NCBI RefSeq assembly: GCF_009914755.1
Contig: NC_060947.1
DNA: 64,000 bases
From: the human T2T-CHM13v2.0 reference genome, Homo sapiens
Strand: one strand, 5' to 3'
Each line of letters starts with the position of its first letter. Within the stretch, counting starts at the first letter, position 1. The notes beneath the pieces were generated by a model. That model saw only the letters and a list, made by a program, of their open reading frames with translations. It made no database searches and was not told the DNA's origin. Position numbers and translations under genes: made by a program. Positions 13,331 to 28,567 of this stretch are shown here, in pieces.

Positions 13331-14116
13331 GGGCACACAGGACACCAGAGCAAGAGGTCAGAACTGAGAGACCTCCAACCACGGGCTCAGGGTCAAGGCA
13401 GGCCCAAGCAAGATGGGGAAGGAGGGAGTCATCTGCCAGGCCTCCCAGGCCTTCAAGCCACACCTGCCAATCAAGTCTCCCCAGCAGGATCTAAGGAAAA
13501 AGATGAGTGAGTATTCTGTTACTGCAAATATTCTCATTTCTTTGAGCTATATCACCGTCTTCTGTCTCACTCTCTTTTTCTCTCTTTGTGAATCTCCTTC
13601 TTCCCCTTCCCCTGTTCTATCATTCTGTTAACCTGCCTTCTCCATGCATCTATTCGTCTTTTTTCCTTTCTTTCATCTGGCAGCTCCAAAAGCACTTTCT
13701 GATCCATGGAGTTTCCAGTAGCTGCTCCCTTATTGCTGTGGAATCAGGGGTGCCAGGGTCCTTGAGCCTCAGAGCTGCTTCTTTGAAGGACAACCTACTC
13801 CTTTCCCCTGGCCTCCCCTTTCCTGTGGCCACCATGCCCCAGACAGCAGGGCCTCCCCTAAAGAGAGCTTGCTCTGGTGAGTAGAGTGGCTTCAGCAGGA
13901 CCCAGTCTTTTGAGTCACGGTGTGATCTTGGGGTCTGGGCCCCCAACTCTGGCAGTAGCAAGACTTGAAGCTCCACAACCCAGGGCTTTGGCAGCCCCTC
14001 CGCAATTTCACAGTATAGGCTCTGTGGCCTACATGGAATGCAGGTCCTGCTAAGAGCCCCCACCATTAACTGCCTGCTCTGGACTAAGTGACATCAGACT
14101 AAAAAGTAGCATTCTG

Positions 14117-14423
14117 GGCCGGGCGTGGTGGCTCACACTTGTAATCCTAGCACTTTGGGAGGTGGAGGCGGGCGGATCACCTGAGGTCATGAGTTTGAGA
14201 TCAGCCTGGCCAACATGCCGAAACCCCGTCTCTGCTAAAAGTACAAAAAGTAGCTGGGCGTGGTGGTGGGCACCTGTAATCCCAGCTACTCAGGAGGCTG
14301 AGGCAGAAGAATCACTTGAACCTGGGAGGCAGAGGTTGCAGTGAGCCGAGATCGCACCACTGCACTTCAGCCTGGGCGACACAGTGAGACTCTGTCTCAA
14401 AAAAAAAAAAAAAAAAAAAAAAA
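14117..14423 (+). mobile_element. Alu (S-like), followed by (TAAA)n at ~14453-14493
   Basis: GGCCGGGCGTGGTGGCTCAC...GGATCACCTGAGGTC... with long A-tail. Confidence 0.95.
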
Positions 14424-14450
14424 GGCAGAACATTCCAAGCTGCTGTTCTT

Positions 14451-14491
<41 letters not shown>

Positions 14492-16392
14492 ATACTGCAA
14501 TGTTTAAAAACCTCTAAAAAAGTATTTCCCAAACTTCTACTCCCTGTTCTTAACTTCAGTGGCTGCTTGGGGGAAATAGATCCCTTTAGTTTCTCTGCTC
14601 TGTTGTGTTAACAAAATTGTTCCTCGAATGTTACCTTAGATTAATCTGGAGAGGAGAAAAACAGATCCAACTCTGCAGCCATCTCTTATTGCTACAGAGT
14701 ATTTGAGGGAAAATTTGCTGAAAGTAGATTTTCACACCACTGGGAGCCAATGAGTCAAAAATGGAAAAACTTAAAATATTTCAAAAGTTGAAGTAGTGTC
14801 ACTGACTTATTCTGCTGGGTTTTGCCTAGAATGAAGGCTGGTCCTCCAAAGTCAGAGACAGAGAAAGGAAAGGCAGCAATTGGATGGGAGACTCACTTAG
14901 GTCCGAGGGTCCGAATGACTGCTCGCCAAGCTAAAGGGTAGGGAAGGGCCACTGAATAGGGCCCAGCTCTGCAGCCCTATTCAGAGTCCCATTCAGTCCC
15001 TGTCTCCAAGGAGCGACCGGAGGTCAGGGGGAAGTCCGGACAGCTGCACTTTGCAACTTGGAAGTAAAACTCCAAGGCTTTGATCTTTTCTTCTTCTTCC
15101 TTCATATTTAATCTTGTGTTTTTAATTTCCTTCTTTATTGCATATTTGACAAACCCAACTACTGAATCGGTGGAATCTTGTAAATAATGCACTGTGTTTC
15201 CTCCTCCAAACCCAAGAGGCTTGGGCCCATTTGACCTCTGTGGTTTATGCAAAATCACCATGGGCCCCCGAAGAAGATCTACATTTCCAAAAGTCACATA
15301 ATCATTGACACTCACGCTGAAAGGGGCAGTTGAGATCATTCTCATCCAGCCTCATCATTTTACAGATGAAACTGCTGTCCAGAGAAACTGGGAGGCATGT
15401 GAAATGTCACAGGCTGAGACCCAAAACTCCCAACTCCCAATCCAAATTATTTAACGGCATTACAAGGTTTAGTGGTTTGAATCTATGCCTGATAATGGAT
15501 GTATTTAAGGGGCCACGGTCATGCAATGTATTTTCTAACATGAGTGTATATGTGTACACACACATATCCATAGACATGTAATCTCCACTTAGGATCAAAA
15601 GAAAAAAACATCAGAACTTCCTGTTGGGTTAGTGACTCATGAATACCCAACCAAATCACCATGGGCACTGTAGCTTCTTTACATAAGTCCCTGACAAACA
15701 ACACATTTTATCTCTGGTCAAAAGCTACTGGTATCACTCTTTTGGGGGTAAAGTCACAGGATATTCTCTCGGATGCCCACCCAAATCCCATAGCCATCCT
15801 ATCTGTGTTGCCTACCAAAAAGGCAATAGTGCCACTAAGGATGGCGTCTCTGACTCTGATATCAGCTCTGTCTCCACTGGTTTCCCCAGCTCTCTGATCT
15901 TCCGGACAGACCTGCTCCTTTCTGTCTCCTTCTCAGTGAGGGAGGAGATGAAGGCTTAATAGGGACTTCTCAACCTTGTCAGCATGAAATAGAGAAAGGG
16001 AGCTCACATCATGATCTCCATTGGTGGCCCTATTGGGGAAGGTCTGATGTTACACCAGCTCCTCCTAACTTTCTCCTGTACCCTTCAACTTACATGTCCT
16101 TCTCAGATCAACCTTCTCTGCAGGTATACATCCTATAATTGCTGATGCCAGGTGTTGGACATCAGATGATTATACCCACACTAAACTCATGGTACCCCAT
16201 TTCTAAAACCCTCCTCTGATGAGAAGAGCACCTGCCTGTGAGCTTCAGACTCAAGTTACCCAATACCAAAAATCTTGATCTTCAATGTTGACTCAAGTGG
16301 GCTACTTCTTTAGGTAGAGCAGCATCTATCCTTGAGGCATCTGAAATACCCACTCTGTGATACTTGGTGGATGGTTAACCCTCTATAAACAG

Positions 16393-16772
16393 AAATATAG
16401 TTTGGATATTTGTCCCCACCCAAATCTCATGTTGAAATGTAATCCCCAATGTTGGAAGCAGGGCCTGGTGAGAGGTGTCTGGATCTGGAGTGGATCCCTC
16501 ATGAATGGCTTCAGCCATCCCCTTGGTGATAAGTGAGCTCTCGCTCTGAGTTCACATGAGATTTGGTCATTTAAAAGTGTGTAACACATCCCCCTCCTCC
16601 TGCTTTTGCTCTGTGAAGTGCCTGCTCCCACTTCACCTTCTGCCATGATTGAAAGGTCCCTGAGGCTTCACCAGCACCATACTTCCTGTATGAGCCAATT
16701 AAACCTCTTTTTAAAAATAAATTACCCATTCTCAGGTATTTCTTTATAGCAATGCAAGAACAGCCTAATACA
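16393..16772 (+). mobile_element. MSTB-like MaLR LTR
   Basis: TATAGTTTGGATATTTGTCCCCACCCAAATCTCATGTTG ... GCAAGAACAGCCTAATACA. Confidence 0.85.
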
Positions 16773-16929
16773 GACAGCTATAGCCATAAACAGCTATATG
16801 CACTATGGAATCATAGATATATGTTCATACCAGAAATCGACTTTGTTGAATTTATTCTTTCTGTCAATATTTTACTTTCATTCATTCATTCATTTATTCA
16901 ACAAACATTTACATGTCACATGGATGGCT

Positions 16930-17200
16930 CCTTGAAGATTAAGCTGAAATGCCACAGTTTCAGAAGAACCTTCTCTGACCACCTAAAGAACCCACCAACC
17001 TTCCGGCCCTGCCATCGGGTGACCCTTTTATTTCCCTCAAGACATTTACCATAATCAGAAATTATCTTATGGATCGAGTTACTGTCTCTCTCCTCCAACC
17101 AGAATGTAAGCTTCCTGAGGACAGAGGTCTTGGCTGTCTTGTCCACAGCTATATTCCAACACCTATGTTTTCCTTTCTGAAACCTAGAGGTTAGCACAAA
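16930..17200 (+). mobile_element. L2 3' relic
   Basis: ...CCAGAATGTAAGCTTCCTGAGGACAGAGGTCTTGGCTGTCTTGTCCAC... is a typical L2 3' end. Confidence 0.6.
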
Positions 17201-17634
17201 GCCTGTATAGAAAAGGTAAGAAATATTGATTAGAGATTGTGCAGCAGCTTAAAAGAATGGGGAGGGCTCAATATGTATCACCATGGAAAACTCTCCAAGT
17301 GAGACTGTTTTGTGACAAAAGCCAAAAAATCTGCCTAGTTTAATATCATTTAGGCTTCAAGAGAACACTCTAAACCAAACTGTAGATTTCTGTATATACG
17401 TATTCCTATGTAAATGCATCAAAAGGGTCTGGATAAAGAGGAGGGAACACTTCCAAACTCATTCTGTGAAGCCAGCATTACTCTGATACCAAAGCCAGAC
17501 AAACACAGAATAAGAAAACTACAGACCAATGTCCCTGATAAATAAGGATTTAAAAAACTCAATAAAATATTAGCAAACTGAATTTAACAGCACATTAAAA
17601 GGATTCTACTCCATGACTATGTCGAATTTATACC

Positions 17635-18043
17635 TGTGGTTGTGATCTGTGTCCCTGCCCAAATCTCATGTCAAATTGTAAGCCCAGTGTTGGAGGCGGG
17701 GACTGGTGAGAGGTGACTGGATCATGGGAGGAAAGTTATCATGAATGGTTTAGCACCATATCCTCAGTGCTGTCCTTATGAATTATCACAAGATCTGGTT
17801 GTTTTAAAAGTGTGTAGTACCTTTCCCCTGTCTTCCTCCTGCTCCGGACACATAAGACATGCCTGCTTCCCCTTTTGCCTTCCACCATGAGTGTAGGTTT
17901 CCTTAGGCCTCCCTAGAAACTGAGCAGATGCTGCCATGCTTCCTGTACAGCCTGCAGAATCATGAGCCAATTAAACCTCTTTTCTTTGTAAATTACCCAG
18001 TCTTGGGTGTTTTTTTATAGCAGTGCAAGAATGGACTAATACA
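17635..18043 (+). mobile_element. MSTA-like MaLR LTR nested in L1
   Basis: TGTGGTT...CCCAAATCTCATG ... GAATGGACTAATACA. Confidence 0.85.
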
Positions 18044-18089
18044 ACCTGGATGCAAGGATAGTTCAACATACAAAAATCAATCAATGTAA

Positions 18090-18211
18090 GCCTGGTGTGG
18101 TGGCACATACCTATGGTCTCAGCTATTCAGGAGGCTGAGGCAGGAGGTTTGCTGGAGCCCAGAAGTTAGAGACCAGCAGGGGCAATATAGCAAGACCCCC
18201 ATCTCAAAAAG
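18090..18211 (+). mobile_element. FLAM (Alu monomer) nested in L1
   Basis: Single monomer; TSD AATCAATGT both sides. Confidence 0.8.
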
Positions 18212-21200
18212 TTAATCAATGTGATAAATCATGTTAACAAAGTAAAGAACAAAATCCACATGATCATCTAAATTGATGAAGAGAAAGCATCACTCAAATG
18301 AAAATTCAATACTTTTTCATGACAAAAACACTCAAGAAACTTGGAATAGAAGGACAGGCCATATATGGAAAGCCCACAACTACTGTCATATTCAGTAATG
18401 AACAACTAGAAGCTTTTCCTCTAAGATCAGGAATAAGACAAGGATGCCCACTCTTGCCACTTCTATTCAACATAATACAAGAAGCCCTGGCCAGAGCAAT
18501 TAGGCAAGAAATAAAATGTGTTCAAATTGCAAAAGAATAAGTAAAATTATCTCTGTTTGCAGATGACACGATCCTTTATGGAAAAAAGCCCTAAAGATTT
18601 CACACACACACACACAAAAATCTGTTGCAACTAATAAAGAATTTCAGCAAAATTGCAGGATGCAAAATCAACAGGCAAAAATTAGTTGTGTGTTTTGTGT
18701 GTTTTTTTGTTTGTTTGTTTGTTTTTTTGTAGCACAAGCGACAAAAGCAAACATAGACAAGAGGAACTACATCAAACTAAAAAGCCTCTGCACAGTAAAG
18801 GAAACAATTAACAGAGTGAAAAGGCAACCTACAGGATGGGAGAAAATATTTGTAAACCATGTTTCTGATAAGGGGTTAATCTCCAAAATATACAAGGAAC
18901 TCCTACAAATTAATAACAGAAGAATAAATAACCCAATTTAAAAGTGGGCAAAGGACTTAAATAAACATATCTCAAAAAAGACATGCAAATAGCTAACAGA
19001 AATATGAAAAGATGATCAACATCACTAATCATCCAGGAAATGCAAATCAAAACCGCAATGAGATATCACCTCATACCTTTTAAGATGGCCATTATCAAAA
19101 TAATAAAAGATAACAGGCATTGGCATGAGTGTGGAGTAAAGGGAACCCTGTACACTGTTGGTGGGAATGTAAAATGGTGTAGCTGCTATGGAAAACAACA
19201 GTAAGGTTCCTCAAAAAATGAAAAATAGAACGACTATATGAACCAGCAATCCTACTTCTGGGTATACATCTAAAATAATTCAAAACAGTATCTCAAAGAG
19301 ATATCTGCACACTCATGTTCATTGCAGTGTTATTCACAATAGCCAAGAGGTGGAAACAACCCAAGTGTCCACTGACAGATGAATGGATAAAGAAAATGTG
19401 GTATATACACACAATGAAACATTACTCAGCCTTAAAACATTACTAAGCCTTAAAAGCCTTAAAACATTACTCAGCCTAAAAAGCCTTAAGCCTTAAAAGC
19501 CTTAAAAGGAAAGGACTTCTAACACATACTACAGTGTGGATAAACCCTGAAGACATTATGTAAGTGAAAAAAGCCAGTCACAGAAGACAAATAATGCATA
19601 ATTCCACTTATATGAAGTGTCTAAAAATATCAAAATCACAATAATAGAAAATAGGTCTGGGTGGACGGAGAAGGGGGAATTGATGTTTAAGGGGCATAGA
19701 GTTTCAGTTTTGCAAGATTAAAAAGTTCTAGAGATCTGTTGCATAACAAATTGTATATACTTAACACTACTCAACTCCACACTTAAGATACTAAATTTCA
19801 TGTCATGTGTTTGTAACCACAATTTAAAATAAAAATTACAAACAAAACAAAAATTGGGGTAGATATAGAGGGAACTGGAACAGGGGAGTCAGAGGAAAAC
19901 TTTTGATTTTTTTCTCTTTTTTAACATTGAAACTGTTCTCAGTTATTACTTATGTAATTGAAATCATTGTTTAAAGTTTTAGAAAAAAAAAATCAGAAAA
20001 GGACCCTACTCTGGAGGCATTTAGAGTCTAGTGAAAGAGACATTCATCTACACAAAGCATGCACGGGCCAGGGGAGTGTGGTGGCACCAGGTGCAGTGAA
20101 TATGGGGGACAGAAAACTTGTTCCTCCTGGGCCAGCAGAAAAGGACTCATGGGGGTGGCGGTGGTCATTTTGTGTCAGACTCCAAAGACAGGTAGATATT
20201 TGTCTGGGGGAAGGTTAGTCTAGGCTCTAGAGAGCACACCATTCAAAACCTTCCACTGCAATTTCCAGGGGTTCAGCTGCAATATATCTAAAGCACACTT
20301 AGCTCAAATAATACCATGAAATATGAGGGAGGAAGAAGTCTTAAAGACCCCTTTGGAAAACACTTGATAAAATAGCTAAACTAATGTCAAGAAATGCTAA
20401 AGCTCTAAAGCTTATTATATGCATACACAAAGTGATCTAAAGCAGAGTTGGGGTATGCCAGACCCCACAATCATTTCATACAGTTCAGTTTAGCCTAACA
20501 ACATGACTGCATAGAATTCCTTGGAGGATTCACTAAGTAAGTAAGAATGATTTTCCACCAGCAAGCTTTTTAAATGTCTGTATATACATCTGCAGTGCTT
20601 GAGGGGGATTAAGACATTTGCTCTCTTTCATTCTTCCATGCATTTGAGCTTACACTATTAATTTGCTCAGCAAACCATTTTATTCATGGCTAGAGCAAAA
20701 GAAGCTTTAACTCAACTGTTGTCTGAAATTCAAATGGGTAGGGTTTAAATGAGAGGGTCCACCATACAATCAAGATATTTATCTAGTCAACTCTTAGTTA
20801 GCACCCTAAATAGAGGAGTAGTGTTCACAGAGTGCCAAAAGCATTTTGCTTTCTTTCAGGGATACTGACATTGAATTTTTATTTTCATCATCCCATTTGC
20901 CTTTCCTATTTTGTTTTCTTCAGGTGAAACAAGAAAACCAGTTCACAGTCCAGAGTTCCTCGGCTGGCTAGAATAACAGATAAAAATAGCCAGGTTATGA
21001 GGTCTAACTTTCCCAAGGGACCACATTGCAGCTACGATTGCTCACAGTAACCTGTTAGCTCCTTACTGCCTCCCACATCTCCAGGGCTGGCAAGAAAATG
21101 CCAGATCCCAGGCTACAGTGCAAGGTCATTTCCAAGAACAAATCGTTCAAAACTCTGAAGTCAGGGGTAGCAGCTCCACTTTAGTCCAGAAATCTGCCAA

Positions 21201-21229
21201 CTCAGGTGTAGTGTAGCATCTTCTTTTAG

Positions 21230-21694
<465 letters not shown>

Positions 21695-22228
21695 TCATTG
21701 GTTCTTCCTTTCATTGGGTCAGCATAACACCTCCAGGCCTCCCCCAAGGCTCATGTAATCTTCAACCTTCTGGTGGCTACGTATTCATGGGGACATTTGT
21801 CACATGGTATTGTTAATCTGTTGCATTGTTAATCTATCTGTCTTCCGCCAAGATTGTAAGCATCTTGAGGGCAGGGCCAAGTCATTCTTGGTTATATCTG
21901 TAGCACCTGATATAGTCCCTGGCCAAAAAAAATTGTGTCAGCTCAGTACAAGTCTTTGAATTAAGCTCCTTTGAGTTTCCTTTAATTCTGAGCTCAGTGG
22001 TGTCCCAGCCAGAGGGCCCAAATGGCTCATTTCTGAAGTCAATGACCATGTCTCATTGTCAGGATCCTCTGTGAACAGTAGGCGGGGATCATGGGCCAAA
22101 GGATGTCTCCACCAGAGTTTCACCAAGTACTTACAGTATCAGGAAGAAAAACCAAACAGTTACAGCTGATGGACACCCATTTTTCTGTAAGATGCTTGAG
22201 AAGTGGGTGGGTTGAAGAAGCCTAGGCA

Positions 22229-22715
22229 TGGCAGGGTGAATGATGCTCCCCCGAAAGATGCCCACATCCTAGTCCCCGGAACCTGTTACTTTACATGACA
22301 AAAGGGACTTTGCAGATGTGATGAGGTTAAGGAGCCTGACTTGGGGAGAGTAGCCTGCATGATCCAGGTGGACCCAATGTCATCACAGAGGTGTTTATAA
22401 GAGGGAAGAAAGAGGATCAGAGTCAGAGAAGGAGATGTGACCATGGAGGCAGAAGTCAGAGACAGAGTGAGATTTAAAGATGCTGCCCTGCTGGCTTTGA
22501 AGGGGGAGGACGGATCTGTCCACCGAGGCAGGCAGGCAGCCTCTAGAAGCTGGAAAATGGAAGGAAACATTCTCTGTGCAGCTTCCAGAAGTGTTGCAGT
22601 CCTGCTGACATCTTGATTTTAGGACTTCTAACCTCTAGAATTGTACGATCATAAATCTGTGTTGTTTTAGGCCACTAACGTTGTGGTAAATTCTCACAGC
22701 AACAATAGGAAACTA
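22229..22715 (+). mobile_element. MLT1 (D-like) MaLR LTR
   Basis: ...CCCCGAAAGATGCCCACATCCTAG...GGGACTTTGCAGATGTG ... CAGCAACAATAGGAAACTA. Confidence 0.8.
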
Positions 22716-23075
22716 GGGTAGGAATGCCATCTAACAGTTCTTCATTTATTTCTAAAAAGAAATAAGTTAATCGATCATTTCCATGATTTTACCTCTCCAA
22801 ATTGGAATTGCAGAGGTGGTGGCCTGGAAGCACATGTTGTAGTTGATAGGAAATATCTGATGTTTCTTATTCAGTTTGGAACTCAGGACCATCTTTCAGC
22901 ATTTCAAATGAAGTTGCTTTTCTCCTATACTCTCCTGTACTTAATCTTAAAAAGCATAACACATCACATCATTCTCTCATTGTTCTCTTCAAAATCCTTG
23001 GATGGTCTTGTATTGGCTACAGGATAAAAAGCAAACTCTTCAGCATTCCATTCAAACACGTGGCCCTAGTTGCGT

Positions 23076-24148
<1,073 letters not shown>

Positions 24149-24425
24149 GTGATCATGCTGTATGTAGTCCCATGCACCCTCCCCGGTGCTTGGTTAGGCT
24201 GTTCCCAAGGGGAAGGTTTACTTCCCTTCCTCCCCTTCCTGCAATAAACTGAGGTACTAGATCCCCCAGCTGATTCCCAAAACCTCCCTTGAGCCCTTTT
24301 TACATTCCTCCTCATTACATGTTTATGCATTTCTCTATCACCCTAGAACATACACACGAGGCCAGGAAAAATATAAATTTCTTGATGATCTCACCTCTCA
24401 CTTCTCACCACTACTGTTTCCCCTA

Positions 24426-24460
<35 letters not shown>
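24426..24460. repeat. (CA)n microsatellite
   Basis: Directly visible. Confidence 0.95.
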
Positions 24461-24461
<1 letters not shown>

Positions 24462-24589
24462 GCCATACACATAGTAGTCACTCAATAAGTGCTGAAATAA
24501 TTAATGTGTATTAGGGTCAAACATGATAGCACAGCAAGGAGACCAGTGCTCTTTCCATTCTGCTAAGGAGAAAAGATGACAAGAGTCAG

Positions 24590-25437
<848 letters not shown>

Positions 25438-25617
25438 TTTAAAAAGCATTATTTTTACTATATAATCCTTGTTGGCACAGGCTAGTCCCTTCTCCTCCTA
25501 TTGGCCTTGTTTTTCCCATTTCACTGTAATAATGGTTCAAACCTCTCAGGATAATCTCCAGGATTACACTTTATTTTAAAATGTAAAAAAAAAAAAAATG
25601 GTTATTTAGAAATATTT

Positions 25618-25753
25618 AGCGCTGGATGTGGTGGCACACACCTGTAGCCCCAGCTACTCCGGGGACCGAGGACGGAGGATCTCTTGAGCTCAGGAGTTCA
25701 AGGCCAGCCTGAGCAACATAGTGAGACCGTATCTCAACAACAACAACAAAAAA
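25618..25753 (+). mobile_element. FLAM (Alu monomer)
   Basis: Monomer with (CAA)n tail; TTTAGC repeated at both ends. Confidence 0.8.
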
Positions 25754-27089
25754 GTTTAGCAACAGTCCCGTTCTGATTTTACTTACCATATGCCTCCCAC
25801 CCGCAATGCACCCCCATCACCAAAATGGGATCTCCTGAAGTTAATGAAAATTAATACTAACCTCTAAATAAAAACATTACTGTTCTAAATAATGGTAATT
25901 TCTAAATACTTTGCTTACACTGTATATTGCAGTGGACTTATCCTTAGAGTACCCATTTTGTAAACAGCTGAGGGTTTCTGTTATTTTACATAAGATTTGA
26001 CATCCAACTCAAAACTGAGACAGGGTGGAAACTTTGTCAAGTTCAAGTCATCTCTGCAGCACCAATGCTTTGCCCTCTTTTTAATGAGCTGGCGTCCTCC
26101 TTTTGAGACAGACTGAAGTGAACTTGGATCAGACCCTTAGTCCTGAAACAATGCGCCCTACCTTTGTTGAAGCGCAAAGAGCTTTTCTGTGCAAAGGCCA
26201 GTGTGTTTTAACAAATGGCATTCCGCACATTTTCTCGACCGAGGCTCCAGCCTCAGCGGGATTCCACTGCATTCTTGACAGTCCGGCTCCTTTCCTCTGG
26301 CAGGGGGTCAGCCTGGGGCCACTGGGGTCAAGGAACCTCCACGGGCTGCCCCTGCCTCTTAGGCTGACAATGCAAGCCCGCACCGCGGCACTTCCTGCTC
26401 TAGCAGCCTGGTCTTGTGGGTGCTCAACTACCCAGTGAGAGGGGCCCCCAGGCTGCGGAGGAGGGGACAGCCCGGGCTGCACTGGAGGTGCCAAGAAGGA
26501 AACAGAGAGGGACAGAATCCTATTTTATTTCATGTTTTTAAGGAGGGGCCTCTGGGAAGGGGCTGGAAGGGTTAGCCTTCCTTAGGAAGCTCTTGTAAAA
26601 AACCCCGGGCGATGAGCCATGCACAATACTGCCCCGTGGTCCCGATTGCAGGTGGACCTCCTTGTAAGTGTTTCATGGCCATCAAAAGGCCCCTGGCAGG
26701 AAGGAAATAGTAAGAACAGTGCTTATATTTGGGTAGAGAGATGATGGGTGACTTTCCTCTTCTTTCTTACATTCCCTGTATTTTCTCATTTATTTTAACA
26801 ATGCCTACACATTGCTTGTGGGATGTCAGTTAACAGCCTCCCCTTAAAAGCTCCTTCCCATTGCTGCAGACTGTGTCTGCAAAAAAAAAAAGAAAAAGAA
26901 AAAAAAAAGAAAATTCCCACAGGCAAAAGTCGGGATAAGGGTTCGACCTCCAGAAGGCCTCTTTTAAAACGCATAAATGTGTATGGAATGAGCTGGGGTG
27001 CAGATGAGGAGTGAGGGAGGTGTGGCACAGGAACCCATTAGCAACCATTAGTTTCTTTTTGTTGTTTTTGTTTTGTTGTTGTTGTTTTT

Positions 27090-27281
27090 AACTTTTAATT
27101 AAAAAGTAAACTTTAACGTCAAAAATGCAAACTTGGGGAAGGCAAAAAGATCACACACAAGGCTGTCACTTCACACTTAGAAGGTTGCACAGCGGCCGGG
27201 CAGAGGCGCTCCTCACTTCCCAGACCAGAAGGCAGCAGGGCAGAGGCGCTGCTCACTTCCCAGACCTGGCGGCAGCCGGGC
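27090..27281 (-). mobile_element. SVA2 retroposon (5'-truncated: two VNTR units plus unique 3' part)
   Basis: Two SVA-type VNTR units GGGCAGAGGCGCT(C/G)CTCACTTCCCAGAC; non-SINE-R 3' segment (minus strand TGTGCAACCTTCTAAGTGTGAAGTGACAGCCTTGTGTGTGATC...TTTAATTAAAA); 13-bp TSD TGTTGTTGTTTTT. Confidence 0.8.
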
Positions 27282-27296
27282 TGTTGTTGTTTTTGA

Positions 27297-27737
<441 letters not shown>

Positions 27738-28243
27738 TAATTTTTGTATTTTTAGTAGATGGGCTTTGCCATGTTGGCCAGGCTGGTTTTGAACTCCTGA
27801 CCTCAAGTGATCCACCTGCCTTGGTCTCCCAAAGTGCTGGGAAGGCATGAGCCACCCCACCCGGCCAGCACCCATTAGTTTCTGACCAAGGATTAGTTTG
27901 TCTGGTTTGCAAGCCTGGGAGACTGGGCCCTGGTGCAGGAGGCACAGGATAGAGCACTTTGGCTTGTGTAGGGCTCAGAAAGTGGCTCTGAAAAGGCTGT
28001 GGAAGGTAAAAGGCAAAACATATGAGCAAATGCTCTGTGTGCACGTGTGCCTGTCTGCCTGCCTGCCTGCCTGCCTGTCTGTCTGTCAAAGTATGAGAAT
28101 GTTCACACCATAAAGAAAGGACAGAGGAAAAAGCTGGGATAAGAATCTGAAGTTTTGTGGAGGAAAGTTTAAGAAGGCAGACCTGAAATGGAAACCTCAG
28201 GGCATAGCCTTATTTCCTCATTTGTAAAATGAGCAGATGAGGC

Positions 28244-28567
28244 CAGTGCTGTCCAACACAGTTGCCACGGCCACATGTTGCTATTGAGCACTTGCGATGT
28301 GGCCCGTCTGAATTGAGATGTGTGATAAGTGTAAAATACACACTGGTTTTTGCAGAGTTAGTATAAACAAAAGAATTTCAAATAGCTCAGTATTCATTAT
28401 TAAAATATTGATTACATGTTGAAATTATAATATTTTGAATATATTGCCTTAAAGAAAATATGTTACTAAAATTAACGTCACCTGTTTCTTTTTCCCTTTT
28501 TAGCCTAGCTACTGGAAAATTTAAATTACACTTGTGGTATGCACTGTATTTCTATTGGACAGCACTG
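28244..28567. mobile_element. MER33 hAT-Charlie element, full length (324 bp)
   Basis: Perfect 13-bp terminal inverted repeats CAGTGCTGTCCAA / TTGGACAGCACTG. Confidence 0.85.

Larger units (their letters stand above)
17430..19850 (+). mobile_element. Old L1M(A/B) ORF2/3'UTR fragments with internal deletions; interrupted by MST LTR and FLAM
   Basis: ORF2-like peptides ([23 protein letters not shown]; [28 protein letters not shown]), then L1 3'UTR and A-rich end. Confidence 0.9.

Noticed and set aside
12839-13353. Pro/Ser/Leu/Phe-rich 168-aa and 91-aa ORFs
   Set aside because: Translation of the polypyrimidine strand, which lacks stop codons by composition
27090-27281. Canonical hominid SVA (A-F)
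   Set aside because: No CCCTCT hexamer, Alu-like domain or SINE-R; the 3' part fits SVA2 instead
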